This document shows positions 18,204-30,725 of a DNA stretch of 64,000 bases, one piece after another. Source of the DNA: Acidimicrobiales bacterium (GTDB taxonomy: Bacteria > Actinomycetota > Acidimicrobiia > Acidimicrobiales > JBOGIG01). The stretch's first letter is position 1, and each line of letters begins with the position of its first letter. The notes under the pieces were generated by a model that ran no database searches, was not told the DNA's origin, and saw only the letters and a program-made list of their open reading frames with translations. The translations under genes and the position numbers were made by a program. The DNA lies in NCBI GenBank assembly GCA_050742455.1, contig JBOGIG010000029.1, positions 3,455-67,454 of the forward strand. Direction: 5' to 3'.

Positions 18204-18947
18204 ATGCGAGACCCTTCCGCGGGCCAGCCACCGGCCCAGCAACCGGCCCAGCAACCGGCCCAGCAACCGGCCCAGCCACCGGGCCGAGCTAGCCGGTCAC
18301 GACAGGCAAATCGCCTCTCCTATGTGGCCCTCGTAGTCGTGTTGGCGGTTGCCGCCGTCGGAGCAGGCATTGCCTACGCCCATGCCAGCCGAGGTTCGAC
18401 GTCTGCCCCAGGCCCATCCAATCCGTATGCCGGAACACCAATGAGCGGCGCCGTGGCACCCAATTTTACCCTCACCGACCAGTTCGGCCATCCCTTCAGT
18501 CTGGACCAGTATCGCGGGCGGGAGGTCATCTGGACGTTGATCGACAGCCGCTGCACCGACACCTGCCCCCTGGCGGCCCAGGTCCTCAGATCGGTAACCA
18601 ACGAGCTCGGGGCCCAGGCCGCCCGCGTACAGATCCTGGCCATAAATGCCAACCCGGGGGCGCCAAAGGTCTCCGACGTTTATGCCTGGTCGGCCCAGCA
18701 CCACATGCTCGATCGCTGGCGGTTTGGGACGGCGACGCCTACATATTTGGATTCGCTTTACCGCGCCTACCACGTGGCCGTGGTGATGGACCACGGTAAG
18801 CTCATCCATGACTCGGCCACCATCCTCATAGACCCGAGCGGTCACGAGCGCCTCTTCTTCGAGACTTCGCCCAACAAGGATCGCTCCAGCCTGGCGGCCG
18901 AAACTTCGGCCCTACTCGGTGGAGTCCGCAGCCTCATGCCCCACTGA
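18204..18947 (+). CDS. SCO1/SenC-family thioredoxin-fold copper chaperone
   Basis: CxxxC motif in IDSRCTDTCPLAAQ, one TM helix and a thioredoxin-like core. It lies beside ctaB/ctaA. The start is uncertain (TTG 18171 / ATG 18204). Confidence 0.75.
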   Translation: MRDPSAGQPPAQQPAQQPAQQPAQPPGRASRSRQANRLSYVALVVVLAVAAVGAGIAYAHASRGSTSAPGPSNPYAGTPMSGAVAPNFTLTDQFGHPFSLDQYRGREVIWTLIDSRCTDTCPLAAQVLRSVTNELGAQAARVQILAINANPGAPKVSDVYAWSAQHHMLDRWRFGTATPTYLDSLYRAYHVAVVMDHGKLIHDSATILIDPSGHERLFFETSPNKDRSSLAAETSALLGGVRSLMPH

Positions 18948-19000
18948 CTCGGCGCGTAGTCGACCCTCTCCTTGATGCCCTCGAACCAGATGGGGCAGCT

Positions 19001-19906
19001 TCAGATCAGGTGCGGATGGAAATGGACCAGCTGGTCTACGGCCATCGCGGCAAAGAGAAGGGTCAGGTAGGTGATCGACCAGCCGAAGAGCTTCATGGCT
19101 CTTTGGGGAGTGCCGTCAGAGCGCAATTGAAGGGCGTAGAAGACGAAGACGGCACCGAGGATCAGGGCCGCTCCCAAATAGATGACACCCATGTGGCCCA
19201 CAGGGGCGAAAATGAGGGAGGTGGCCCACAGGGCCACGCTGTAGAAGATGATCTGGCGCGCCGTCGAGGCAAAGCTGGCCACGGCCGGGAGCATGGGTAC
19301 ATCTGCGGCCGAGTAGTCATCCCGGTACTTGAAGGCCAGTGCCCAAAAGTGCGGGGGGGTCCAGACAAAGATGATGGCAAACAGGACCAGCGGAGCCAGG
19401 CCCAATCCGCCCGTTACGGCCGACCAGCCGACGAGGACCGGGACAGCCCCGGCAGCCCCGCCGATGACAATGTTCTGGCGCGAGCTCCGCTTCAACCAGA
19501 GCGTGTAGACGAAGACGTAAAAGGCCGTGGCGCTGACGGCCAGTACGGCCGACAACAAGTTGACCAGGGCCCACAGCTCCACGAACGCCGCTACTTCCAA
19601 TGACACGGCGAACACCAACGCCGCCGAAGGCGTCATGACCCCGGTCACCAGGGGACGTTGGCGGGTCCGGTGCATGATGGCGTCGATGTCGCGATCGACG
19701 ACCATGTTGATGGCGTTGGCCCCGCCGGCAGCCAAGGCCCCCCCGATCAGGGTCCAAGCCATCAGCGCCACCGATGGCCACCCTCGCTTAGCCACGATCA
19801 TGGTGGGCAGCGTGGTAACCAGCAACAACTCGATGATGCGGGGCTTGGTCAGGGCGAGGTAACCGCGGGCTCGGCGCCCGAGCCCAGCAGTTTGGATCAT
19901 CGCCAT
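19001..19906 (-). CDS. ctaB: Protoheme IX farnesyltransferase (heme O synthase)
   Basis: Only the C-terminal 302 codons of track ORF 19001..20650 look like CtaB (MAMIQTAGLGRRARGYLALTKPRIIELLL...). The upstream 247 codons are antisense to ctaA. Confidence 0.85.
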   Translation of the reverse strand: MAMIQTAGLGRRARGYLALTKPRIIELLLVTTLPTMIVAKRGWPSVALMAWTLIGGALAAGGANAINMVVDRDIDAIMHRTRQRPLVTGVMTPSAALVFAVSLEVAAFVELWALVNLLSAVLAVSATAFYVFVYTLWLKRSSRQNIVIGGAAGAVPVLVGWSAVTGGLGLAPLVLFAIIFVWTPPHFWALAFKYRDDYSAADVPMLPAVASFASTARQIIFYSVALWATSLIFAPVGHMGVIYLGAALILGAVFVFYALQLRSDGTPQRAMKLFGWSITYLTLLFAAMAVDQLVHFHPHLI

Positions 19907-19973
19907 CGGCGGTGATCCTACGACGAGTGCCAAGGGCAGGGCAATGTGACTACTAGAGGCGGAGCAGGCCAGG

Positions 19974-20963
19974 ATGTGGCTTGGCGAGGTGAAGCGCCGT
20001 AGGATTCCAACAGTGCGACCCCTTCGCCTGAGCCCGGCCACCTTTAGGCGCTTGGCTCTGGCCACAGCAGCCGCCCTGGCCTTGACCATCGTGACCGGAG
20101 CGGCCGTCCGACTCACCGGCTCGGGCCTGGGCTGTCCCGATTGGCCCACCTGTGCCGGCCATGAGGTGGTTGCGGCCTGGTCATTCCATCCCATGGTGGA
20201 ATTCACCAATCGCCTGATCGTCACTGCCGTGTCCATCCTGGTGGCCGTCACCGCCCTGGGGTCCCTGGTGCGCCGGCCCCGGCGGAAGGACTTGACCTGG
20301 TTGTCCTTCGGACTGGTGGCCGGTGTAGCCGCCCAGATCGTCCTCGGAGGTCTGACCGTCCTGTTCAAACTGGCCCCTCCCCTGGTGATGGGCCATTTCC
20401 TCCTTTCCCTGGTAGTGCTGGCCGATGCGCTGGTGCTGGTGCACCGGTGCGGTCGAGCCGAGACGGCAGCGGTGTTGATGGTGCCCCGCTCCCTGCTGTG
20501 GCTCACCCGCTTGGTGGTGGCCACCACCTCGGTTGTCATCGGACTCGGCACAGCCGTGACCGGCAGTGGCCCCCACAGTGGCGATATCCATGCCAAGCGA
20601 CTGGCCGTGAAGTTCTCCGCCATGGCCGAGATCCACGCCACCGTGGTCATGCTGCTGATCGGCCTGACGTTGGGGGCGCTGTTTGCCTACCATCAGGCCT
20701 CGGCTCCCGTTGGGCTCCAGCGCAAGGCCCGCATCCTCTTGTACCTCATGGTGGGACAGGGCTTGGTGGGCTACGTCCAGTACTTCACCCGGGTTCCGGC
20801 CGGGCTGGTGGCCGTGCACGTGGCCGGCGCCACAGCCGTCTTCATCGGGGTCGTGCGCCTGTATCTGGCCCTGTTCATACATCCGCCACCCGAGGTGACA
20901 TCCGCGTCCGAGGGGGTGAGGGACGTCGCCTCGGACCAGCCTTACGTCCTGGCCGGGAACTGA
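19974..20963 (+). CDS. ctaA: Heme A synthase (COX15/CtaA family)
   Basis: [17 protein letters not shown] motif and multiple TM helices with conserved His residues. Confidence 0.8.
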   Translation: MWLGEVKRRRIPTVRPLRLSPATFRRLALATAAALALTIVTGAAVRLTGSGLGCPDWPTCAGHEVVAAWSFHPMVEFTNRLIVTAVSILVAVTALGSLVRRPRRKDLTWLSFGLVAGVAAQIVLGGLTVLFKLAPPLVMGHFLLSLVVLADALVLVHRCGRAETAAVLMVPRSLLWLTRLVVATTSVVIGLGTAVTGSGPHSGDIHAKRLAVKFSAMAEIHATVVMLLIGLTLGALFAYHQASAPVGLQRKARILLYLMVGQGLVGYVQYFTRVPAGLVAVHVAGATAVFIGVVRLYLALFIHPPPEVTSASEGVRDVASDQPYVLAGN

Positions 20964-21268
20964 TGGCTCTGGCCCCTCCCCAGGCGGCCCCGGTATCAGT
21001 GGACGAGCCGATTCCGCATTCGGCCAGTGAGCCGGATCGGCCCTGGGTGGTGATCGTGTGGAACGACCCGATCAATTTGATGTCCTATGTCACCTACGTG
21101 CTGCAGAAGCTCTTCGGTTACAGCCGAGACAAGGCCACCAAGCTTATGCTCGACGTCCATCACAAAGGCCGCGCAGTAGTGTCCTCCGGCACCCGGGAGC
21201 GGGCCGAGATCGACGTTTTCCGTCTTCACGAGCACGGCCTGTGGGCCACCATGGAGCACGACCGATGA
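20963..21268 (+). CDS. clpS: ATP-dependent Clp protease adaptor ClpS
   Basis: The internal ATG of ORF 20447..21268 overlaps the ctaA stop (TGATG). [43 protein letters not shown]. Confidence 0.85.
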   Translation: MALAPPQAAPVSVDEPIPHSASEPDRPWVVIVWNDPINLMSYVTYVLQKLFGYSRDKATKLMLDVHHKGRAVVSSGTRERAEIDVFRLHEHGLWATMEHDR

Positions 21269-21744
21269 ACCGCCTCCGCCCCATACGACGCAACCGGGAC
21301 GGTAGATACGAACTTCGACTGGGCCGGGTCGAACGCCAGCTATTGCAGTCCCTTCCCGGACAGCTCGAGCCCATCTTGGCCTCGGGGTCGGACGAGCTTC
21401 GCCGCCTGTACCCCCCGGCCTACCGCGATGATCCGGGTCGCCAGGCGGAGTACGAACAGCTAATGCAGGCCGATCTGACCGAGCGACATCGTCAATCCCT
21501 GTCGGTGCTGGCCGACACGGCGGGCTCCCGGTACCTGACCGAGGATGAACTGGCCACGTGGCTCAGGGCCATCAACAGCCTCCGCCTGGTCATGGGCACG
21601 CGACTTGGAGTGACCGAAGATGTCGCGTCGACGAGGATGCACAAGTCCAATGACCCCGAGCGGGCCCAGATGGCCATCTACCACTACCTGAGCTATTTAC
21701 AAGAGCAAGCGGTGGCGGCCTTGTCGGGATCCGTTCCGGAGTAG
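21265..21744 (+). CDS. DUF2017-like protein (conserved ClpS neighbour in actinobacteria)
   Basis: The ATG at 21265 overlaps the clpS stop. The family assignment comes from recollection of the clpS-DUF2017 pairing and sequence character. Confidence 0.5.
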   Translation: MNRLRPIRRNRDGRYELRLGRVERQLLQSLPGQLEPILASGSDELRRLYPPAYRDDPGRQAEYEQLMQADLTERHRQSLSVLADTAGSRYLTEDELATWLRAINSLRLVMGTRLGVTEDVASTRMHKSNDPERAQMAIYHYLSYLQEQAVAALSGSVPE

Positions 21745-21781
21745 GCGGCGGCCCTTTGGATCCAATCCGCCATGGACTCCT

Positions 21782-22768
21782 TCAAGTGGGGTAGTACACG
21801 GCGCCGACCGTCCCGGGTCCGGTATGTGCCCCCACGCTGGGGCCGATCCGGTAGCGAACGGACTCGACCACTTCGGGGGCGGCAGCAATTTGTTCGGCCA
21901 GCTCGGCGGCCAGATACCCGCTGGCGGGATCAGACATACCCACCCCCACCCTCAGGTTCGAGCCGAACCGCCTGACATGGTCTGCCATGGCCTTCGCCGC
22001 AGATTCCAGATCGGGAGCGGACCCGATCACTTCCATGCGCCCGTCCACGAAGGTGAGAATGCTGACGCTCTCCGATTTCTTGAGCTGGGCTGATCCGCTG
22101 TCGGGGCCGGGCCCGCCCGCGGTGCCCGTCGGGGCCAGGTCCGCGGTGCCCGTCGGAGCCAGCCGGCCGCCCCGCCGGGCCAGGTCCAGAGTCTGGACCA
22201 CAAATACGTTGCCGGTGAGGGCACCGACTGCCTCTGCCCGCAGGGCTGCACTATGCGGCGAGGCTCCATCGGCCAGCATCCGAGCCGCCTCCCAAACACA
22301 ACACGTCACCCCGAATGAAGCCGTCGAAGAGTCGACCAAACGAACCGGAACTCCGACCTCGGCCGCGGCCAGCCGCGCCCCATTGAGGGTGGTCGAGGCA
22401 GAAGCAGACACATGCACGGACACGATCTCGGTGGCGCCCCGAGCCACCAGCCTGTCGTAAGCCTCGACAAACCGGGCCGGCCCGGGAGCACCGGTTGACA
22501 CCTCCCCAGCACCGTCAGCCAATAACCGGTAGAACAGATCGGCGTCCAGATCGACCCCTTCCAAGTATTCCTGGCCTCCCACCACCACGCTGAGCGGAAC
22601 GACTTCGATGCCGAATTGCTCGACCAATGTCGGGGGAATCTGGGAGTTGGAATCGGTGCACAGTCCGATCAACCGTCTCGCCGCCTCAGCTGTCTCGCCA
22701 CTTCTGCGACCCGTCGCCTCAGTTGCCCTGAACCCTTGCGGCGCGGAAGCGCTCCATGATGACCGCAC
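21782..22768 (-). CDS. DegV-family fatty-acid-binding protein
   Basis: LIGLCTDSNSQIPPTLVEQFGIEVVPLSVVVGGQEYLEG... The true start is probably downstream of 22768, because the first 50 nt overlap plsY. Confidence 0.7.
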   Translation of the reverse strand: MRSSWSASAPQGFRATEATGRRSGETAEAARRLIGLCTDSNSQIPPTLVEQFGIEVVPLSVVVGGQEYLEGVDLDADLFYRLLADGAGEVSTGAPGPARFVEAYDRLVARGATEIVSVHVSASASTTLNGARLAAAEVGVPVRLVDSSTASFGVTCCVWEAARMLADGASPHSAALRAEAVGALTGNVFVVQTLDLARRGGRLAPTGTADLAPTGTAGGPGPDSGSAQLKKSESVSILTFVDGRMEVIGSAPDLESAAKAMADHVRRFGSNLRVGVGMSDPASGYLAAELAEQIAAAPEVVESVRYRIGPSVGAHTGPGTVGAVYYPT

Positions 22769-23321
22769 TGCTCACCGCTGCCGCTATCGGAAGTCCGACA
22801 CTGGGCTCGGGCCCCCAGGCATTGGGCCAACCCTTCTTCCACCACACGATCCCACCTCCGACCCAAGCCAAAGATGCGACGGCGGTGGCGGCGAAGGCAC
22901 GATGGCGGAATCCGGATCGGGATGTCACCAGGGCGACCCCCAGATCGATGGGGAAATAGGCCGGAAACGTCACCAGACACTGGCCCACACTGGCGGCTAC
23001 GCCCTTTCCCCCCTTGAATCCACGAGCCACCGGATAACAATGGCCCACCACCGCAGCCACCCCACCCAGGTGGGACCCGGTGCCGCCGGCCAGGGTACGT
23101 CCGATGCCGCAAGCCAGCGCCGCCTTGGTGACGTCTGCGGCCAAAACCGCGCCGCCCCAGCCCGCTCCCAGCACACCCATGGCGTTGGCCGCGCCGGGAT
23201 TGCCCGAGCCTCGCCGGCGCAGGTCGGTCGAGCCGGCGGCCCAAGCAGCGAGGTCGGCTGAGGGAAATCCACCCAGGCCGTACCCGAGCAGTGCTGCGGC
23301 GATGGCTCGGGACGCTCGCAT
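22719..23321 (-). CDS. plsY: Glycerol-3-phosphate acyltransferase PlsY
   Basis: Internal ATG (MRASRAIAAALLGYGLGGFPSADL...), GSGNPGAANA motif and GGKGVAASVG. Confidence 0.8.
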   Translation of the reverse strand: MRASRAIAAALLGYGLGGFPSADLAAWAAGSTDLRRRGSGNPGAANAMGVLGAGWGGAVLAADVTKAALACGIGRTLAGGTGSHLGGVAAVVGHCYPVARGFKGGKGVAASVGQCLVTFPAYFPIDLGVALVTSRSGFRHRAFAATAVASLAWVGGGIVWWKKGWPNAWGPEPSVGLPIAAAVSSAVIMERFRAARVQGN

Positions 23322-23399
23322 GGATTCACAATAGCGTCGAGGGTTGAAACCTGACCGACAACCCACGCCGCCGGACGTGAAAGAATCGAAGGTGCCCGG

Positions 23400-25838
<2,439 letters not shown>

Positions 25839-25869
25839 TAACGTATGGGCTCGACCGAGCAGGCAATGA

Positions 25870-25945
25870 GCCCCCATCGTCTAGCGGCCCAGGACACTGC
25901 CCTTTCAAGGCAGCAGCACGGGTTCGAATCCCGTTGGGGGTGCCA
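25870..25945 (+). tRNA. tRNA-Glu (anticodon TTC), CCA encoded
   Basis: Manual cloverleaf: GCCCCCA TC GTC...CTTTCAA loop...GGTTCGAATCC...TGGGGGT G CCA. Confidence 0.9.
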
Positions 25946-25992
25946 TACGCGGCGTAGTGGGAAGCAATCGAAGTTGGAATGAGCAACACGTG

Positions 25993-26067
25993 GGACCTGT
26001 GGTGCAGTTTGGAGTGCACGCCGGCCTGTCAAGCCGGAGGTCGCGGGTTCAAATCCCGTCAGGTCCG
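25993..26067 (+). tRNA. tRNA-Asp (anticodon GTC)
   Basis: Acceptor GGACCTG/CAGGTCC, anticodon loop CTGTCAA, T-arm GGGTTCAAATCCC. Confidence 0.9.
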
Positions 26068-26098
26068 CTGGGCGCGGTAATTCAGGGCCCAGGAGCAA

Positions 26099-26171
26099 GG
26101 TCGGGTAGCTCAGTTGGTAGAGCGCGCGCCTGAAAAGCGTGAGGTCACCGGATCGACGCCGGTCCCGACCA
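26099..26171 (+). tRNA. tRNA-Phe (anticodon GAA), atypical T-loop
   Basis: Acceptor GGTCGGG/CCCGACC, D-arm GCTCAGTTGGTAGAGC, anticodon loop CTGAAAA. The T-arm is ACCGG-ATCGACG-CCGGT. Confidence 0.85.
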
Positions 26172-26212
26172 CTCAAAAGCCGCAGGCCAGGGCCGGACCG
26201 GCTCGCCACAAG

Positions 26213-26252
26213 GTTCACCCCGAGTTCACCTTGGATTAACCGTTCGGCAACC
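26213..26252 (+). promoter_or_regulatory. PHO box: four 11-nt direct repeat units upstream of pstS
   Basis: GTTCACCccga GTTCACCttgg ATTAACCgttc GGCAACC, starting at 26213, 26224, 26235 and 26246. This matches the actinobacterial PhoP/RegX3-type GTTCACC 11-nt periodic consensus. Confidence 0.7.
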
Positions 26253-26361
26253 GCACGGCTGCGCTGAGGCCACCGGGGGTGTGTACCGTACGCCACGTGA
26301 GCAGGATTGGCGCTGACACATCCCCCTCCCGGTCCCCCTGGTCCGGGACCGAGATCACGAG

Positions 26362-27486
26362 GTGACCTTGAAACGACTGATCATCCTGGCAGTGACCGCT
26401 TCGGTGGCCCTGGCCGCCTGCTCGGCCGGCAGTCCCCAGGCCAACAACTCCCCTATCCCGGGGACCCCGGGGTCGAGCGGCACCGGCGCCATCGGCAACC
26501 CGGCCAAGCCAGTAACCCTCAACGAGTCAGGCTCATCTCTCCTCTATCCCTTCCTTCAAGAGTTGGTGGCGCCGCTGCACCAGAAGTACCCGAACATCAC
26601 CCTGGCGCCGGCGCCGGGTGGCTCGGGAAAGGGCATCAGCGACGCGATCAGCGGCACCGTCCAATTGGGTGGCTCTGACGCCTACCTGAGCCCAGGCCAG
26701 TTGGCCGCCAACAAGGGGCTACTCAACATCCCCATCGCCGTTTCGGCCCAGGCCATCAACTTCAACCTCGCCGGCATCACGAGCCTGAAACTCAGCGGCA
26801 ACATCCTGGCCCAGATGTACGAGGGCAAGATCACCAAGTGGAATGACCCGGCAATCTCCGCCCTGAACCCCGGAGTCACAATCCCGCCCACCCCCGTTGT
26901 CCCGGTGCGACGGGTGGACTCCTCGGGTGACACCTTCATCTTCACCAGCCTGCTGACCGCCACCAATCCGGCCTGGAACAACGGCCCGGCCTTTGGCACC
27001 ACCGTGACGTGGCCCCCGGTTCCTACAGAAGTGACGGCCAACGGCAACCCGGGCATGGTTCAGACTTGCAAAGCGACCCCCGGGTGCGTGGCATACGTGG
27101 GGGTCAGCTCGGAGTCAGCGGCACAGACGGCATCGCTGGGTGAGGCCATGCTGCAGAACAAGGCCGGGAACTTCGTCCTTCCCACCGCCGACACCATCAA
27201 CGCCGCGGTGAGCGCCGGTGCGGCCGGCGTGCCGGCCAGCCTGGCCGCTCCGCTGATTTACGAGAGCGGGTCCCAGTCCTACCCCATCGTCAACTTCGAG
27301 TACCTTGTGGTCAAATCCACCCAGCCCGACGCTCCCACCGCCCAGGCCATCCGCACCTTTTTGTCCTTTGCCATCGACCCCAACGGGGGCAGCACCCCGC
27401 AGTACCTGTCCAAGGAAGGATTCGTGGCCCTGCCCAGCTCGGTGGCATCCAAGGTGCAAAAGGCCATTGGCGCCATCTCGGGGTGA
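26362..27486 (+). CDS. pstS: Phosphate ABC transporter substrate-binding lipoprotein
   Basis: Lipobox LAACS. GSSLLYPFLQ...GGSGKGISD...GGSDAYLS is typical of PstS. Confidence 0.9.
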   Translation: MTLKRLIILAVTASVALAACSAGSPQANNSPIPGTPGSSGTGAIGNPAKPVTLNESGSSLLYPFLQELVAPLHQKYPNITLAPAPGGSGKGISDAISGTVQLGGSDAYLSPGQLAANKGLLNIPIAVSAQAINFNLAGITSLKLSGNILAQMYEGKITKWNDPAISALNPGVTIPPTPVVPVRRVDSSGDTFIFTSLLTATNPAWNNGPAFGTTVTWPPVPTEVTANGNPGMVQTCKATPGCVAYVGVSSESAAQTASLGEAMLQNKAGNFVLPTADTINAAVSAGAAGVPASLAAPLIYESGSQSYPIVNFEYLVVKSTQPDAPTAQAIRTFLSFAIDPNGGSTPQYLSKEGFVALPSSVASKVQKAIGAISG

Positions 27487-27527
27487 GCGACTACTGATGG
27501 TGATCGACAATTGATGGCGAGCGACTA

Positions 27528-28607
27528 ATGACCGTCGTCGGCGAACGTCGGAACCGTTCCCGGTCCGACCCCTCCTCAAGGGCCCGGGAACGTTCATCGG
27601 CTCGGGAGCGGCGCCGATCCGAGCTGACCGGTCCCGATCGGGCCCTGCGGGCGGTGCTGGCCTCGGCAGCCGTTGTTCCCGCCGCGGCCCTGGTCTTCCT
27701 GGCCTATGAGATGTTCAAGGCGGCCTATCCGGCCATCGTGTTCAACGGGTGGAGGTTCTTCACCACCAAGACCTTTACCCTGGGCAACCTGTACGGCGGG
27801 TCGCCCGAGATTCACCACGGATACGTAGCCGCCCACGGCGCCCACTACGGCGTGCTGGCCCTTCTGTTCGGCACCGTGGTGTCCTCGCTCATCGCCCTGG
27901 TGGTAGCCGTGCCTGTTGCAGTGGGAGGCGCCGTCCTGCTGGCCGAGCGGGTCCCGGCCCGCCTGCAGGGGCCGCTCGGTATCTTCTTGGAGCTGCTGGC
28001 CGGCATCCCCAGCGTCATCTTCGGGCTATGGGGCATTTACACCTTCGGGCCGTTCCTGTCCCGAACCGTATTCCGCTGGATCGCCGACCTGGGACTGCCC
28101 TGGCTGTCCGGACCCACCGGCGCCGGTCAGGGCCTTCTCACCGCCTCGTTGGTCCTGGCCGTGATGATCGTACCCATCATCGCCTCGATCACCCGAGAGC
28201 TCATCCGCTCGGTGCCGAGCCTGTCCAAGGAAGGGGCCGTGGCTCTGGGCCTGACCCGTTCGGAGACGGTCCGCGTGGTGACAATCCCGTTCGTGCGCAC
28301 CGGGATCATCGCCGCTTCCATCCTGGGTTGGGCTCGGGCCCTGGGCGAGACCATCGCCGTTCTCATCATCAGCGGCAATGCCTTGAACATCTACCCCCAC
28401 AGCATCTTCGCCCCGTTCTCGACCATGGCTTCCACCATCGCCGCCATCCTTGACGGTGCCCTGACCGACTCGACGCACATGGCCGTGCACGCCCTGGCCG
28501 AAGTCGGCCTGGTGCTGCTGATTGTCACCCTGCTGACCAACTTTGGCGGTCGCTTGCTCACCCGTCGGTTCTCTACCGCCGGCCTGCCCGTGGGACGGGG
28601 GGTCTAA
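27528..28607 (+). CDS. pstC: Phosphate ABC transporter permease PstC
   Basis: 359 aa with 6 TM helices and an EAA-like loop (ALGLTRSETVRVVTIPFVRTGI). Confidence 0.85.
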   Translation: MTVVGERRNRSRSDPSSRARERSSARERRRSELTGPDRALRAVLASAAVVPAAALVFLAYEMFKAAYPAIVFNGWRFFTTKTFTLGNLYGGSPEIHHGYVAAHGAHYGVLALLFGTVVSSLIALVVAVPVAVGGAVLLAERVPARLQGPLGIFLELLAGIPSVIFGLWGIYTFGPFLSRTVFRWIADLGLPWLSGPTGAGQGLLTASLVLAVMIVPIIASITRELIRSVPSLSKEGAVALGLTRSETVRVVTIPFVRTGIIAASILGWARALGETIAVLIISGNALNIYPHSIFAPFSTMASTIAAILDGALTDSTHMAVHALAEVGLVLLIVTLLTNFGGRLLTRRFSTAGLPVGRGV

Positions 28608-28612
28608 GGCGG

Positions 28613-29467
28613 ATGCCCAGAACCATGACCCGGCGGGGAATGCGGGATTTCACCTTCTGGGGGTTATGCACGCTCGCTTTCTTGTGCATCGCCGGGCCGG
28701 CCCTGGCCGTGCTCATCAGCGTGTTCCACCAGGCGCTCCCCTCCTTTGGCTGGTCTCTGTTCACGGCCAGGACCAATTCCGTCGGCATCCAGAATGCCAT
28801 CCTGGGCAGCCTGTTAATGCTGGTCGGCGTGTTGATTCTGGCTGGCACCATCGGGGTGAGCGCAGGCATCTATCTGTCCGAGTTCGCCACGGGTAGAACA
28901 CAGAGACTCCTTCGCTTTCTGTCCGAGGTCCTGGCCGGGACGCCCTCGATAGTGATCGGGTACATCGGCTACATCACCCTCGTGGTGCAGTTCCACTGGG
29001 GCTTTTCTCTCCTGGCTGCCGTCGTGGCCCTGTCGGTCCTGGTGCTGCCCTACGTGGTCAAGACGACCGAAGTGGCATTCCGCCAGGTGCCGACGGTCCT
29101 GCACGAAGCGGCCGCCGGCCTGGGCCTGCCTCGTTTCACCACGGTGCGCAAGATCCTCATGCCCGCCGCCCTGCCCGGGGTGGTATCCGGACTGATAGTG
29201 GCCCTGGCCATCTCAACAGGGGAGCTGGCCCCCCTCCTGTTCACGGCCGGTTTCAGCGATAAGAACCCCTCGCTTCAGCTCCTTCACCAACAGGTCCCCT
29301 ACCTGACCGACGTGACTTTCACCGACCTGTCCCTGCCAGGGGCAAGGGCCCACGCCACAGCGGCGGCAGCCGGGGCCGTCACCCTGGTCCTGCTCATCCT
29401 CCTCATCATCCTCGGACGCCTGGTGTCGAGGCGTTCCCGACGCAACACGCAAAGGATGGCACTTTGA
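28613..29467 (+). CDS. pstA: Phosphate ABC transporter permease PstA
   Basis: 284 aa, permease with [24 protein letters not shown]. Confidence 0.85.
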   Translation: MPRTMTRRGMRDFTFWGLCTLAFLCIAGPALAVLISVFHQALPSFGWSLFTARTNSVGIQNAILGSLLMLVGVLILAGTIGVSAGIYLSEFATGRTQRLLRFLSEVLAGTPSIVIGYIGYITLVVQFHWGFSLLAAVVALSVLVLPYVVKTTEVAFRQVPTVLHEAAAGLGLPRFTTVRKILMPAALPGVVSGLIVALAISTGELAPLLFTAGFSDKNPSLQLLHQQVPYLTDVTFTDLSLPGARAHATAAAAGAVTLVLLILLIILGRLVSRRSRRNTQRMAL

Positions 29468-30408
29468 CCAAGCGAAACGGACCCGCCCTCGTCGCCCGCC
29501 CCGATACGATGCGGTGGCCGTTCCCCTCCCCAGCGCCGGAGAACCCGTATAACATGCCCGAAACCGTCTCCCCGACCATGACAGTCCACGAACCGCCAGA
29601 ACCTCAGACTCATTCCGCCGGCGGCACTGAGGTGCCCGACCCCATCTTCAGCGTGGAATCACTCTCCTTTTACTATGGGGGCGTACAGGCTCTAAACGAC
29701 ATCAGCCTGACCATTGGCAAGAACGAGGTGACGGCCCTCATCGGACCCTCCGGCTGCGGCAAGACAACCTTCATCCGCTGCCTCAACCGACTCAACGACC
29801 TGATTCCTGGAACTCGGGTGGAGGGCCGCATCGACTTCGAGGGCCAGTCCCTCTACGGCCCTGGAGTACGGGCCATCGAAGTGCGGCGCCGGATCGGCAT
29901 GGTATTCCAAAAACCCAATCCTTTCCCCCGATCCATATACGACAACATCGCCATCGCCCCCCGGATCAATGGCATCAAGGTCGACATGGACGACCTGGTC
30001 GAGGAGAGCTTGACCCGGGCAGCCTTGTGGGACGAAGTCAAGGACAAGCTGCGGGACACGGCCTTCAGCCTGTCCGGAGGCCAGCAGCAGCGGCTTTGCA
30101 TCGCCCGAGCCATCGCCGTGCGCCCGGAGGTGATCCTCATGGACGAGCCCTGCTCGTCTCTCGATCCGGTGGCCACCTTCCGTATCGAGGAGCTCATGTC
30201 GGACCTGAAGACCGACTACACCATCGTGGTGGTGACCCACAACATGCAACAGGCTGCCCGGGTCTCGGATCGGACTGCTTTTTTTACGGTGGATGTGTCG
30301 GACGGTGGCCGCACCGGCGTCATGGTCGAGATGGGGCTGACACCCCAGATCTTCACTGCCCCGACGGACCAGCGCACAGAGGACTACATCACCGGCCGCT
30401 TCGGATAG
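29464..30408 (+). CDS. pstB: Phosphate ABC transporter ATP-binding protein PstB
   Basis: [34 protein letters not shown]. The N-terminal extension suggests the true start may be ATG 29554 or 29578. Confidence 0.9.
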   Translation: MTKRNGPALVARPDTMRWPFPSPAPENPYNMPETVSPTMTVHEPPEPQTHSAGGTEVPDPIFSVESLSFYYGGVQALNDISLTIGKNEVTALIGPSGCGKTTFIRCLNRLNDLIPGTRVEGRIDFEGQSLYGPGVRAIEVRRRIGMVFQKPNPFPRSIYDNIAIAPRINGIKVDMDDLVEESLTRAALWDEVKDKLRDTAFSLSGGQQQRLCIARAIAVRPEVILMDEPCSSLDPVATFRIEELMSDLKTDYTIVVVTHNMQQAARVSDRTAFFTVDVSDGGRTGVMVEMGLTPQIFTAPTDQRTEDYITGRFG

Positions 30409-30428
30409 TCCGAACGCCGCCGCGCCGA

Positions 30429-30725
30429 CTACCCGCCGGCCATGGCCCCCAGGATCACGAACTGCTCACCCCCGGAAACCACCGCCTCGGGCAGGGCGGC
30501 GTCGGGTAGTTCATGGGACAGGTCCTCCTCGCAGGCAAAGAACCGGACGAAGGGGCGGCGCTGCTGGTTGACCTGGTCTCGGATGGTCCCTTTGAGCATG
30601 GGGTAGCGATCCTCCAAGGCGCCGAGAACGGAGCGCTGGGTGGCGGCGCCCACGACTTCGAGCTGCACCTCGCCTTTGATGTTGGCCAACAGGCGAAGAT
30701 GGGCCGGCAGAACCACCCGGATCAT
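30429..30725 (-). CDS. MoaD/ThiS-family ubiquitin-like beta-grasp protein ending in Gly-Gly
   Basis: This is the C-terminal 98 aa of track ORF 30429..31100, starting [13 protein letters not shown]... and ending ...[10 protein letters not shown]-stop. Its ATG overlaps the stop of the upstream gene (ATGA). Confidence 0.7.
   Translation of the reverse strand: MIRVVLPAHLRLLANIKGEVQLEVVGAATQRSVLGALEDRYPMLKGTIRDQVNQQRRPFVRFFACEEDLSHELPDAALPEAVVSGGEQFVILGAMAGG

Noticed and set aside
19907-20650. N-terminal 247 codons of the 549-aa ORF containing ctaB
   Set aside because: This part is antisense to ctaA and has no CtaB-like sequence. The CtaB homology begins at MAMIQTAGLGRR (ATG 19906).
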